Shown in pieces: positions 32,355 through 41,950 of a stretch of DNA of 64,000 nucleotides. This stretch comes from Candidatus Parcubacteria bacterium (GTDB lineage Bacteria > Patescibacteriota > Patescibacteriia > Buchananbacterales > SURF-54). The stretch's first letter is position 1; every line of letters begins with the position of its first letter. The DNA lies in assembly GCA_003599635.1 (NCBI GenBank), contig QZIX01000009.1:407-64406 (forward strand), written 5' to 3'. Both the position numbers and the translations under genes were made by a program. Under the pieces are notes generated by a model. It searched no databases, had not been told where the DNA came from, and saw only the letters and a list, made by a program, of their open reading frames with translations.

Positions 32355-32457
32355 ATACGCGTCAATTAAAACCGAGCGAAAAGCTCAAAAATAAGGGAAA
32401 TTAAGGTTCCCTAAATTGGAGTTGACTAAATTTAGAAAATAAAAGCCATATATACAA

Positions 32458-34404
32458 ATGCAATTTAATTTAAAATCACCTTTTAATCCCGAAGGCGACC
32501 AGCCAAAAGCCATCGCGGAACTGGCCAGCGGATTTTCCAAACATCGGATGCAGACGCTTTTAGGCGTTACCGGTTCCGGCAAAACTTTTACTATGGCGAA
32601 TTTAATCCAGAAAATAAATCTGCCGACTTTGGTTTTGTCGCACAATAAAACCCTGGCCGCCCAGCTTTATAACGAGTTCACATCTTTTTTCCCTGAGAAT
32701 AAAGTTTGTTATTTTATTTCCTATTACGACTATTATCAGCCGGAAAGCTACATTCCGCAAAGCGACACTTATATAGAAAAGGACACCAAAATAAACGAGA
32801 AGATAGAAAGGCTGCGCATGGAAGCGGCCAGCTCTTTGCTTTACAGAAATGACGTAATTATCGTCGCTTCCGTATCCTGTATTTACGGGCTGGGTAATCC
32901 GGCTGATTTTGAAGCCGAATCGTTACATTTGGAAACATTTCACGGAAATAACCTGACACCTGAAGAATTGTCGCGCCGGCTTATTGCCATGCAGTATGAA
33001 AGAAACGACCTGGAGCTAAAGCCGGGCAGATTCCGCCGGCGCGGCGGCACGGTTGACGTTGTCCAGGGCAGCGGCACAACGGTTATACGACTGGAATTTA
33101 GCGACGGCCTTGAAAAAATAAAAGAGCTGCATCCGATAACCGGCGCTGTTTTGGCAGAACTTTCCAGATTGCAGATTTTTCCGGCACGGCCGTTTGTGAT
33201 CCCGGCCGAAAGGCAGGCGCGGGCCTTAAATTCCATCAGAAAAGAATTAAAAGAACGCTTGCCGCAGCTGGATACGGTCGCTTCTTACCGTTTAAGCCAG
33301 CGCACCAATTATGATCTGGAAATGATAGAGCAGCTCGGGTATTGCAAAGGCATTGAAAATTATTCCCGGCATTTTGACGGCAGAAAACCGGGTGAGCCGC
33401 CATACACTCTGCTCGATTTTTTCCGAGCCAAACACGGCTCAGACTGGCTGTTTATAATTGATGAAAGCCACGTGACTTTGCCGCAGGTCCGGGGAATGTA
33501 TCACGGCGACTATTCGCGCAAGAAGAATTTAATCGATTACGGCTGGCGCCTGCCTTCCGCCTTCGATAACCGGCCGCTTAAATTTCCGGAATTTGAAAAA
33601 TATTTAAACCACGTCGTTTTCACTTCGGCAACCCCGTCGGATTACGAATTTCAGAATTCAGGAAAAGTCGCGGAGCAGATAATCCGTCCAACCGGCCTGG
33701 TTGATCCGATTATTGAAGTCAGGCCGACAGAAGGCCAAATTGATGATTTGATAAAAGAAATCCAAAAGGTGGTAAATCAGGGCTTTAGGGTACTGGTAAC
33801 TACTTTAACAAAACGGCTGGCTGAAGATTTGACCCTTTTTTTGCAGGAAGCCGGCTTAAGAACCGAATACCTGCATTCTGAAATCGCCACATTGGACAGA
33901 AACGAGATTATAAAGAATCTCCGTCTGGGAAAGTTTGACGTTCTTGTCGGCATCAATTTATTAAGGGAGGGCCTGGATATTCCTGAAGTGGCCATGGTGG
34001 CGATTTTAGACGCGGATAAAGAAGGGTTTTTACGCAATACCAGAAGTTTGATCCAGACCATCGGCCGCGCCGCCAGAAATACCGAATCCAAAGTAATAAT
34101 GTATGCCGATACAACAACCGAATCCATGAGGCAGGCGATTAAAGAAACCGACAGAAGACGAAAAATCCAGATGGAGTTTAATGTCCGGCACGGCATTACG
34201 CCTCAGACAATCAAAAAAGCCATTGCCGCCGAAGAAGTGGTAATCGAGCCCGGAGAAAAAGGCAAAGACCTGGATCTGGATAAAATTTTAATTGATCTGG
34301 AACTGCAGATGCGGGCAGCGGCTGAAAATTTGGATTTTGAACAGGCGATAGAATTGAGAGAAAAATTAAATAGATTGAGGTTACAATTACATAAAAATAA
34401 ATAA
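32458..34404 (+). CDS. uvrB: excinuclease ABC subunit B
   Basis: GDQPKAI, GVTGSGKT, helicase motifs including the DESH box (IIDESH), and the C-terminal UVR domain (FEQAIELREKL). Confidence 0.95.
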   Translation: MQFNLKSPFNPEGDQPKAIAELASGFSKHRMQTLLGVTGSGKTFTMANLIQKINLPTLVLSHNKTLAAQLYNEFTSFFPENKVCYFISYYDYYQPESYIPQSDTYIEKDTKINEKIERLRMEAASSLLYRNDVIIVASVSCIYGLGNPADFEAESLHLETFHGNNLTPEELSRRLIAMQYERNDLELKPGRFRRRGGTVDVVQGSGTTVIRLEFSDGLEKIKELHPITGAVLAELSRLQIFPARPFVIPAERQARALNSIRKELKERLPQLDTVASYRLSQRTNYDLEMIEQLGYCKGIENYSRHFDGRKPGEPPYTLLDFFRAKHGSDWLFIIDESHVTLPQVRGMYHGDYSRKKNLIDYGWRLPSAFDNRPLKFPEFEKYLNHVVFTSATPSDYEFQNSGKVAEQIIRPTGLVDPIIEVRPTEGQIDDLIKEIQKVVNQGFRVLVTTLTKRLAEDLTLFLQEAGLRTEYLHSEIATLDRNEIIKNLRLGKFDVLVGINLLREGLDIPEVAMVAILDADKEGFLRNTRSLIQTIGRAARNTESKVIMYADTTTESMRQAIKETDRRRKIQMEFNVRHGITPQTIKKAIAAEEVVIEPGEKGKDLDLDKILIDLELQMRAAAENLDFEQAIELREKLNRLRLQLHKNK

Positions 34405-34418
34405 TTAGGTAAAACCAT

Positions 34419-35021
34419 ATGAACGAACTTGATAATTTCGTTGACCAGTTAAAAGTCAATCCTTATAAATTTTTTCAGAGCGATGAGATGCAGATCCGTT
34501 CATTAAAAAGAGAAACATGGTTTATGTTTGTTGATTATTTTAAAGATGTCTGTGAACCGCAAGAGTGTCTTAAAATATGGAACTCATTCCCAAATTCCAC
34601 ACGATTACAGAGTTTTTTATCGAATATTAAGTTTGTTAAATATTTTGAAAATGAAAAAATTATTAATGCTAGAGAAACTTCAATACGAACTTTATTATAC
34701 ATCTGCTATATTGAAGGTTTATCCGGTGGGGATTATCTTGATTTTTTTCAATTTTTCATGAGGTCAATAAAAAGAGATAAGATTGTCGAATCTGTTGGAT
34801 TAAATTATATAAAAAGTAAATATGAGGAGTATCTGTCAAGTTATGGTTCATATCGGAATATCAAAAAATTTATAGACTGTTTAAATATCGGGGACAAGTA
34901 TTATCTTTTGAATAGCTATCAATTTAAGGTGGATGATGGTCTCAATTTTATTTGGGGAAATAATAAAAAAATTTTTCAAAGTCCGAAAAACGATGTTAAA
35001 ATTGATTCCAATGAGGAGTGA
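34419..35021 (+). CDS. hypothetical protein (AT-rich island gene 1)
   Basis: 200-aa ORF with no recognisable motif. It is markedly more AT-rich than the flanking uvr genes. Confidence 0.5.
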   Translation: MNELDNFVDQLKVNPYKFFQSDEMQIRSLKRETWFMFVDYFKDVCEPQECLKIWNSFPNSTRLQSFLSNIKFVKYFENEKIINARETSIRTLLYICYIEGLSGGDYLDFFQFFMRSIKRDKIVESVGLNYIKSKYEEYLSSYGSYRNIKKFIDCLNIGDKYYLLNSYQFKVDDGLNFIWGNNKKIFQSPKNDVKIDSNEE

Positions 35022-35022
35022 T

Positions 35023-35202
35023 ATGGTCCATAAAGCTGTCAGAGTAATGTTTATAAATCCTCAAGAACAATGTCATGTATCATTGATTGATTGCTATTCG
35101 GAAGGAACATATTGTTGTACTGCTACCATTGACAAGCTAAAGGTGATTATAAGGCGTGGCACAAAGGAATATATTTTAAATGTAATTAAAAATCAGCAAT
35201 AA
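35023..35202 (+). CDS. hypothetical small protein (AT-rich island gene 2, 59 aa)
   Basis: ATG 35023 is preceded by GAGGAG and lies 2 nt after the stop of gene 1. It is in the same frame as track ORF 34933..35202. It has five Cys. Confidence 0.4.
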   Translation: MVHKAVRVMFINPQEQCHVSLIDCYSEGTYCCTATIDKLKVIIRRGTKEYILNVIKNQQ

Positions 35203-35227
35203 CTAAATGAATTGTTAGACTTTATTT

Positions 35228-35269
35228 ATGTCCGAAGAATTTATCACAATAAGCAGTGCCTGGGAGCAC
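35228..35269 (+). repeat. decayed duplicate of the uvrA 5' end (pseudo-start)
   Basis: atgtccgaagaatttatcacaataagcagtgcctgggagcac compared with the true uvrA start 35339-35380 (atgccggaagattttattacaataagcggtgcgcgagagcac) matches at 33 of 42 positions in register. The copy runs into a stop after 24 codons. Confidence 0.65.
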
Positions 35270-35338
35270 CCCGAGCCAGAACTCCCTAAGGTCGTTCGGT
35301 AAGGGTTAATTGCCAAATAGTAAGTAAGATTTAATTTT

Positions 35339-38161
35339 ATGCCGGAAGATTTTATTACAATAAGCGGTGCGCGAGAGCACAATTTAAAAAACATCAGTGT
35401 CAAGCTGCCCATTGATAAATTTATTGTAATTACCGGGCTTTCGGGTTCAGGAAAATCAAGCTTGGCTTTTGACACTTTATATGCCGAAGGCCAGCGGCGT
35501 TATGTGGAATCGCTGTCAGCTTATGCGCGGCAATTTTTGGGTTTGATGAACAAGCCCGACGTTGATTCAATTAAAGGGTTGTCCCCGGCGATTTCCATTG
35601 AGCAAAAAACAGTTTCAAAAAATCCCCGGTCAATTGTGGGGACGGTAACGGAAATCTATGATTATCTAAGGCTGCTTTATGCGCGTATCGGCATTCCCCA
35701 TTGTCCTCAATGCGGAAAATTGATTTTGCCTCAAAGCGCGGAAAGTATCGCGGAAAACATAGTCAATTTGCCTGCGGGAACCAAAGTCATGGTTATGGCT
35801 TCCGTTATCCGCGGCCAAAAAGGAACTTACGAAAAAATGTTTAAGGACTTTCACAAGCAGGGTTATTCAAAAATCAGAGTTGACGGCGAAATTTCTGACC
35901 TGGCGGACTGGCAGAAAATTATTTTAAAAAAACAAGTAAAACATAATATTGAGTTAATCATCGACACTCTGACAATTGCCAAATCTTCCCGTAACCGTCT
36001 TGTAGAAAGCGTGGAAACAGCCATGGAAGCCGGTGACGGCATAATGATTGCCAGAATAAACGATAAAGAGGAAAAAATTTTTTCACGCGCCAATGCCTGC
36101 ACCGAATGCGGCGTTTCTTTTGAAGAAATCCAGCCACGGATGTTTTCTTTCAATTCGCCCTTTGGGGCATGTCCTGAATGCCACGGCCTTGGGATTTCTC
36201 AGAAATTCGACCCGGACTTGATAATCCCCAATAAAAATTTGTCACTAGGCGAAGGCGCCATCAAACCGTGGAAAACAGTCGGCGAAGGCTGGCGGATGCA
36301 ATATATCGAAGGGCTGGCCGAGCATTACGGTTTTGATATGTACGCGGCCTGGAAGGATTTGCCGGCAAATGTCAAAAACATAATTTTGTACGGCACCAAA
36401 GACAATATCAAATTCAAGGTCCACTCATGGGAAAGGGAATCCACATACAGCTGGAAAGGCGGTTTCGAAGGAATTATTCCGCAAATGGAACGGCTTTACA
36501 GGCAGACAGAATCCGAATATCGGCGCGAAGATATGGAAAAATTCATGCGCCAGGCGCCATGCCCGGCCTGCGCGGGCAAAAGATTAAAACCAGAGAGTCT
36601 AGCTGTTACCGTCGATAATAAAAATATCTGGGAGCTGGGCGAAATGTCCATTGGCAGTTTGCAGAAATTTTTTGCAGAGCTGAAATTAACGAAAATGCAG
36701 CAGGAAATATCGCATCTGCTGCTTAAAGAAGTATCCAGTCGTTTGAATTTTTTGATCAATGTCGGTTTGGATTATCTGACATTGAACCGGGAAGCAGGAA
36801 CTTTGTCCGGAGGTGAAGCTCAAAGGATACGGCTGGCAACGCAAATCGGGTCCGAGTTACGCGGCGTTATGTATATTTTAGACGAGCCATCAATCGGCTT
36901 GCACCAGCGCGATAATATTAAACTGATTGATACCTTGAAACGGCTGCGCGACTTGGGAAATACGGTTTTAGTCGTTGAACATGACGCGGAAACAATTTTA
37001 TCCTCCGATTATGTTGTGGATTTGGGGCCGGGAGCGGGAATCCATGGCGGGAAAATTGTCTGTGAGGGCACGCCGAAGAAAATCCTGACGTGCAAGAATT
37101 CCCTGACAGCCGATTATTTATCCGGCAGGAAAGAAATTTTTGTCCCCAAGGAAAGGCGGAAAGCTTTTGACTATTTGGAAGTTCTCGGGGCCAGGGAGCA
37201 TAATTTAAAAAATATAGACGTTAAGATTCCGTTAAAGGTTTTTACCTGCATTACCGGCGTGTCAGGATCCGGGAAATCAACTTTGGTTAACGACATATTA
37301 TATAAGGCGCTTTATAAGATTTTTTGGGCGACAACTGAAACATCGGGCAGTCACAGGGGACTTAAAGGCTACGGCAAACTGGATAAAGTGGTAATAGTTG
37401 ACCAGTCGCCAATCGGCAGGACGCCGCGGTCAAACCCGGCAACTTACATAGGCGTTTTTACTTATATCCGCGAGCTGTTCTCACAGGTGCCGGAAGCGCG
37501 GGCCCGCGGTTACAAACCCGGCAGATTCAGTTTTAACGTTGCCGGCGGGAGATGCGAGGAATGCGAAGGCGACGGTACTATAAAAATTGAAATGCATTTT
37601 TTGCCTGATGTTTATGTTCAATGCGAAAAATGCAAAGGTACGCGCTACAACCGCGAGACTTTGGATGTTAGATACAAAGGAAAAGATATATCACAAATTT
37701 TGGAAATGACAGTCGAGGAAGCTTTGAAGTTTTTCAAAAATATTTATAAAATTCAAAACAAGCTGCAGACGCTTTTTGATGTCGGTTTAGGCTATATCAA
37801 ACTGGGCCAGGCGGCAACTACTTTGTCGGGCGGCGAAGCGCAAAGAATAAAACTGACAGCAGAACTTTCCAAAAAAGGAGAGGGCAATGCCTTGTATATT
37901 TTGGATGAACCGACAACTGGCCTGCATTTTCACGACGTTAAGAAATTATTGGAAGTTTTAAACCGTCTGGTGGAAAAAGGCAATACGGTTCTGGTAATCG
38001 AGCATAATCTGGATGTGATAAAATCGGCGGACTGGGTAATTGATCTGGGTCCGGAAGGCGGCGAGCGCGGCGGCAGGATTGTTGCCGAAGGGACGCCAGA
38101 GCGCATTGCCAAAAGCTGGAAGTGGAGTTATACGGGCAAGTATTTGAAAGAGGTATTGTAG
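35339..38161 (+). CDS. uvrA: excinuclease ABC subunit A
   Basis: Two ABC ATPase modules (GLSGSGKSS and GVSGSGKST), zinc-finger Cys pairs, LSGGE signatures, 940 aa. Confidence 0.95.
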   Translation: MPEDFITISGAREHNLKNISVKLPIDKFIVITGLSGSGKSSLAFDTLYAEGQRRYVESLSAYARQFLGLMNKPDVDSIKGLSPAISIEQKTVSKNPRSIVGTVTEIYDYLRLLYARIGIPHCPQCGKLILPQSAESIAENIVNLPAGTKVMVMASVIRGQKGTYEKMFKDFHKQGYSKIRVDGEISDLADWQKIILKKQVKHNIELIIDTLTIAKSSRNRLVESVETAMEAGDGIMIARINDKEEKIFSRANACTECGVSFEEIQPRMFSFNSPFGACPECHGLGISQKFDPDLIIPNKNLSLGEGAIKPWKTVGEGWRMQYIEGLAEHYGFDMYAAWKDLPANVKNIILYGTKDNIKFKVHSWERESTYSWKGGFEGIIPQMERLYRQTESEYRREDMEKFMRQAPCPACAGKRLKPESLAVTVDNKNIWELGEMSIGSLQKFFAELKLTKMQQEISHLLLKEVSSRLNFLINVGLDYLTLNREAGTLSGGEAQRIRLATQIGSELRGVMYILDEPSIGLHQRDNIKLIDTLKRLRDLGNTVLVVEHDAETILSSDYVVDLGPGAGIHGGKIVCEGTPKKILTCKNSLTADYLSGRKEIFVPKERRKAFDYLEVLGAREHNLKNIDVKIPLKVFTCITGVSGSGKSTLVNDILYKALYKIFWATTETSGSHRGLKGYGKLDKVVIVDQSPIGRTPRSNPATYIGVFTYIRELFSQVPEARARGYKPGRFSFNVAGGRCEECEGDGTIKIEMHFLPDVYVQCEKCKGTRYNRETLDVRYKGKDISQILEMTVEEALKFFKNIYKIQNKLQTLFDVGLGYIKLGQAATTLSGGEAQRIKLTAELSKKGEGNALYILDEPTTGLHFHDVKKLLEVLNRLVEKGNTVLVIEHNLDVIKSADWVIDLGPEGGERGGRIVAEGTPERIAKSWKWSYTGKYLKEVL

Positions 38162-38291
38162 ACCACATTTGTCATTTCGAGCGATGAGCTAAGAATTTTT
38201 CTGCTGGTCGAGAAATCTTGATTAATAAAGAAATAAATAAAAAATTTAGCGATGGCGATAGAGTCATAAGGTAAAAGCGGTAGATGTGAAA

Positions 38292-38329
38292 TAAAAAAGG
38301 CCGAAAAATCATTTAAGAATTTTCCGGCC
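38292..38329 (-). terminator. terminator candidate for the minus-strand small gene
   Basis: ggccg.aaaat pairs with atttt.cggcc (one mismatch). The T run lies on the - strand (A run 38293-38298 on the + strand). Confidence 0.5.
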
Positions 38330-38346
38330 AAAATATCAAAAAACTG

Positions 38347-38550
38347 TCATCTCTCATCAATTTCGAGTGCTATCAGTGTCGGTATGTGCGTTATACAAAT
38401 TAACGTCCAGAGCAGTTTGTCAAGTGTTGGATGTTTCACTTCCAGTGAATGGAGCCATTCGGCGCAGAAATCATAGCCATTTTTGTACTTTAGCTGATGA
38501 TATGCAGCCAAATTGAACCACAAGTAGGCCAGCAAAAGAGCAATAAGCAT
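38347..38550 (-). CDS. small membrane protein, hypothetical
   Basis: GAGGAGGAAAC Shine-Dalgarno upstream of the ATG. Two hydrophobic segments. Confidence 0.5.
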   Translation of the reverse strand: MLIALLLAYLWFNLAAYHQLKYKNGYDFCAEWLHSLEVKHPTLDKLLWTLICITHIPTLIALEIDER

Positions 38551-38631
38551 AGTTTCCTCCTCGTTAAGGTTAACGTTTTCCTAGCCTTTAAATAAAAATC
38601 TAACTAAATAGTATATAGTTATTTTGAATAA

Positions 38632-40215
38632 ATGTCAAATAATACCTTACAAGAAAAAATAAAAAAGCTTCCTAATAAACCCGGTTGTTACCTTTTTAAA
38701 AGCCAAGCCGGAGAAATTATCTATATCGGCAAGGCTAAGAATTTAAAAAAACGCGTTTCTTTCTATTTTGTAAAAACCCACCCGGATTTAAAGACTCCGC
38801 GGCTTGTCGGCGAAATTGCGGATGTGGATTATTTCATCAGCCAGGATGAATACCAGGCATTGCTTACCGAAGCCGAACTTATAAAAAAACACCAGCCGAA
38901 ATACAACCTGGAATTAAAGGCCGGAGAAAAATATGCTTATATTATGATTACAGATGAAAAGTTTCCGAGGATTTTAACGGCAAGGGACCAAACAAAAAAA
39001 GGGAGATACTTAGGCCCCTTCGCTTCCGGACAAACAAGGCGGGAGCTGATTTATTTATGCAACACGATTTTTAAATTACGGGTCTGCAAGAAACTGCCTA
39101 AAACCGCCTGCCTTTTATACCATATAAATTTGTGCACCGCACCCTGCATCAACAAAATTTCAGAAGACGACTACAACGAAAACATAAAAAAAGCCGAGCT
39201 GCTGATCCGCGGCAAAGACGAAGAGCTTATTGGTCAGCTGGAAAAAGAAATGAAATCTTATTCGGAAAAATTTCAGTATGAAATCGCAAAAACCAAGCGC
39301 GACCAGATAAATGCCTTAAGATTCATTTCCGAAAAGCAAAAAATCACCCTGCGCAAAAAATATGACCAGGATGTAATTAATTTTGTCGAAACACCGGATG
39401 AATTTATCTTTCAGCTGTTTAATGTCAATAAGGGAATAATTTCAGGCAGAAAGGAATTTCGCTTTGACAAAAGAAGTTCCGCTGAAGATAACCGATTGAA
39501 TGAATTTATTAAGCGTTACTATATATCAGAAGATATCCCTGAAGAAATTATCATCTCCAAAAAAATAGAAGACCAGGAACTTTTGGAAAGATTTTTTTCC
39601 GAAATAAAAAAATCAGCAGTGAGTTTTTCCGTTCCGCAAAAAGGCGGAAAATTACAGCTTTTGGAGCTGGTTAAGGAAAATATTTGCGCCGGCTTGAAAC
39701 AAGTAGACAGCGCTTTGTTTGACCTGCAAAACAAATTAAATTTACCGTCATTGCCCAGGGTAATTGAGGCCTTTGATATTTCCAATCTAGGCCCTAAATA
39801 TGTTGTCGGTTCAATGGTAAATTTTAGCGACGGCATTCCCGACAAAAACAATTACCGCCGTTTTAAGATAAAAACTTTTGCGGGACAAAGCGATTTTGCC
39901 GGCATTAAAGAAATAGTTTTCAGGCGCTATTACAAGTTGAAAATCGAAAATTCAAAATTACCCGATCTGCTCGTTATTGACGGCGGCAAACCGCAGCTGA
40001 CAGCTGCTTTAGAGGCGTTAAAAGAACTGGGTTTGCAGATACCCACAATTGCCATTGCCAAAAAACTGGAAGAAATCTATACTACCAACAGTATGTATCC
40101 GCTGCAATTGGACAAGAAATCCGACGCCTTAAAACTGATTTTAAAAATTCGTGACGAAGCCCACCGCTTTGCCCTAAAATACCATCGTCTGTTGCGTTCA
40201 AAAAAATTTAGATAA
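38632..40215 (+). CDS. uvrC: excinuclease ABC subunit C (short form, apparently lacking C-terminal HhH2 domain)
   Basis: GIY-YIG domain (PGCYLF....GEIIYIGKAKNLKKRV), a UVR domain, and the endonuclease domain ending at RDEAHRFALKYHR. At 527 aa it stops soon after that motif. Confidence 0.9.
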   Translation: MSNNTLQEKIKKLPNKPGCYLFKSQAGEIIYIGKAKNLKKRVSFYFVKTHPDLKTPRLVGEIADVDYFISQDEYQALLTEAELIKKHQPKYNLELKAGEKYAYIMITDEKFPRILTARDQTKKGRYLGPFASGQTRRELIYLCNTIFKLRVCKKLPKTACLLYHINLCTAPCINKISEDDYNENIKKAELLIRGKDEELIGQLEKEMKSYSEKFQYEIAKTKRDQINALRFISEKQKITLRKKYDQDVINFVETPDEFIFQLFNVNKGIISGRKEFRFDKRSSAEDNRLNEFIKRYYISEDIPEEIIISKKIEDQELLERFFSEIKKSAVSFSVPQKGGKLQLLELVKENICAGLKQVDSALFDLQNKLNLPSLPRVIEAFDISNLGPKYVVGSMVNFSDGIPDKNNYRRFKIKTFAGQSDFAGIKEIVFRRYYKLKIENSKLPDLLVIDGGKPQLTAALEALKELGLQIPTIAIAKKLEEIYTTNSMYPLQLDKKSDALKLILKIRDEAHRFALKYHRLLRSKKFR

Positions 40216-40227
40216 GGAGGAATCCCT

Positions 40228-40443
40228 ATGGAACTTTCAAATATATTTAACTTTTTGCTTATTCTTGCATCATTAGGTGTCTACTTGGCGATTATCTTTA
40301 TGGTGAGTTTCCATGCGGGTCAAAAGCTTGGATGGCATCCATTAACAACGGCAGTTTTTATGACTGTAATCGCAGTAGTACTGATCTTTTGTCTGTTGTT
40401 TCCCCACGTCATATACTATTATAGAAAGAAAAGCCGTGAATAA
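40228..40443 (+). CDS. small membrane protein, hypothetical
   Basis: AAGGAGG Shine-Dalgarno. Two TM segments in 71 aa. Confidence 0.5.
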   Translation: MELSNIFNFLLILASLGVYLAIIFMVSFHAGQKLGWHPLTTAVFMTVIAVVLIFCLLFPHVIYYYRKKSRE

Positions 40444-40458
40444 CGCGGCTTTTATTTT
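40431..40458 (+). terminator. terminator candidate abutting rsmI start
   Basis: aagccgtg pairs with cgcggctt (one G-U pair) around the 5-nt loop that contains the stop codon, followed by tttatttt. Confidence 0.5.
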
Positions 40459-41133
40459 ATGCTAAAATATATGAGTAAACTATATATCGTCGCCACGCCG
40501 ATCGGCAATTTGGAAGATATCACTTTAAGGGCGTTGAGGATTTTAAAGGAAGTTGATTTGATTGCCTGCGAAGATACGCGCGTGACCAAAAAATTACTAG
40601 ACCATTATCAAATAGGCAAGCCGTTGTCCAGCTTCCATCAGCACAGCCGGATTTTTAAAATTGATTTTTTAATTAATGAAATTAAAAAGGGAAAAAATAT
40701 CGCTTTGGTGACAGACGCGGGAACACCGGGAATTTCCGATCCTGGAGGAGTTTTGGTGGCCGAAGCCGTTAAAAATAATATCCCACTTGAGCCCATACCA
40801 GGACCTTCCGCTTTGGCAACCTTGATTTCTGTTTCGGGTATTCCCATGGAAAAATTTTATTTTTACGGTTTTTTACCCCACAAAAAAGGCAAACAGACAA
40901 TAATAAAAGAATTGATTGGATCAAGGTATCCGGTCGTTTTTTTTGAATCAAGACATAGGATGATAAAAACGCTTGAAATGTTAAAGACCGAAAGCGATAA
41001 AGTTAATCTTATAGTCGGGCGTGAACTTACTAAGAAATTCGAGACAATTTATCGCGGTAACATATCCGATACTATAGAACAGATAAAAAAAGACTGTGAG
41101 AAAGGAGAGTTTGTGGTTATAGTTTATAAATAA
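40459..41133 (+). CDS. rsmI: 16S rRNA (cytidine1402-2'-O)-methyltransferase
   Basis: LYIVATPIGNLEDITLRALRILKEVDLIACEDTR and TDAGTPGISDPG. ATG 40471 is an alternative start. Confidence 0.9.
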   Translation: MLKYMSKLYIVATPIGNLEDITLRALRILKEVDLIACEDTRVTKKLLDHYQIGKPLSSFHQHSRIFKIDFLINEIKKGKNIALVTDAGTPGISDPGGVLVAEAVKNNIPLEPIPGPSALATLISVSGIPMEKFYFYGFLPHKKGKQTIIKELIGSRYPVVFFESRHRMIKTLEMLKTESDKVNLIVGRELTKKFETIYRGNISDTIEQIKKDCEKGEFVVIVYK

Positions 41134-41232
41134 AAAGGGACTTTGCGGTAGGCAAAATCCCTTTTAGAAAAAGTTCAGCGGGCCATAGCCAACTGTAAGT
41201 GTTGATCTATCAAAAATTCATTTTCCTGCGGT

Positions 41233-41856
41233 TTATTCCTGGCGCATGCAGTTAACTATTTCGTTAAAAATTGCATCGGCCTTTTCTTGCGATAGTACTT
41301 TTTCTTTTACCATCCTGTCCACAACCTCCCGTAACATTTTTTTGTCGTAATCTGGCAACCATTCAATCAGATAAAATGTTCCCAAAATATTTCTGCGCCT
41401 GAGCTTGTATATTTTTTCCTTAGAAGGATCCAAAATATAATCGAAACCATTCCAATTTAATTCAATCCAAGCATGGCGCATTTTACTTTGAGGACTGTAC
41501 CTGCCAACAGTATATTTAGCAGGTATTTGCATTTTCCACAGGTCGTACCATAAATTAAAGGCGAGCCCGTCGCAATCTTCGTTTTTTTTATTTTCCAGTT
41601 CATTTCTTGTGGCAATATAATCGCTGACGCCAAAAGTCAATTGATCAAAATCGTTTATTTTGCTGGTGTCTTTAATCCTGAATTGCGATACGGTAACAAA
41701 ACCACTAACAATAGGTTCAGGAAGATTCCAATCATTATAAAAATCAAGATTTGTAACCAGCAAAACATTTGGTTGTTTGGCTTCAAGTATTTGAGGACGG
41801 GTATTGCTACAGGCCGTGATCAAGAATATACACAATAAAAGGACAAAGCGTTTCAT
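41233..41856 (-). CDS. lipoprotein with transglutaminase-like Cys-His-Asp core (putative cysteine peptidase fold)
   Basis: ATG at 41856-41854 is preceded by AAGGAGGTG. The lipobox is LITAC. Candidate catalytic residues are CDGLAF, HAWIE and ILDP. The track start at 41907 is rejected. Confidence 0.5.
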   Translation of the reverse strand: MKRFVLLLCIFLITACSNTRPQILEAKQPNVLLVTNLDFYNDWNLPEPIVSGFVTVSQFRIKDTSKINDFDQLTFGVSDYIATRNELENKKNEDCDGLAFNLWYDLWKMQIPAKYTVGRYSPQSKMRHAWIELNWNGFDYILDPSKEKIYKLRRRNILGTFYLIEWLPDYDKKMLREVVDRMVKEKVLSQEKADAIFNEIVNCMRQE

Positions 41857-41915
41857 TTCTTTCACCTCCTTGTACATATTTGTTGTATATTTTTTAGATT
41901 TTGTCAATTTTTGAC

Positions 41916-41944
41916 TTGAAATTAGTGAATAATTGTGGAATAAT
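41916..41944 (+). promoter_or_regulatory. promoter candidate positioned for a leaderless metG transcript
   Basis: TTGAAA at 41916-41921, a 17-nt spacer, then TGgAATAAT ending at 41944. ATG 41951 lies 7 nt after the -10. Confidence 0.35.
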
Positions 41945-41950
41945 ACAGGT

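Noticed and set aside
35215-35475. 86-aa minus-strand ORF spanning the uvrA start
   Set aside because: It is antisense to the conserved uvrA N-terminus and to the duplicated start region, with no independent support.
41899-41916. GTCAA-ttt-TTGAC palindrome between the lipoprotein gene and metG as a regulator binding site
   Set aside because: It is most simply explained as -35-like hexamers in a divergent promoter region. I could not build a convincing minus-strand promoter or find further copies.
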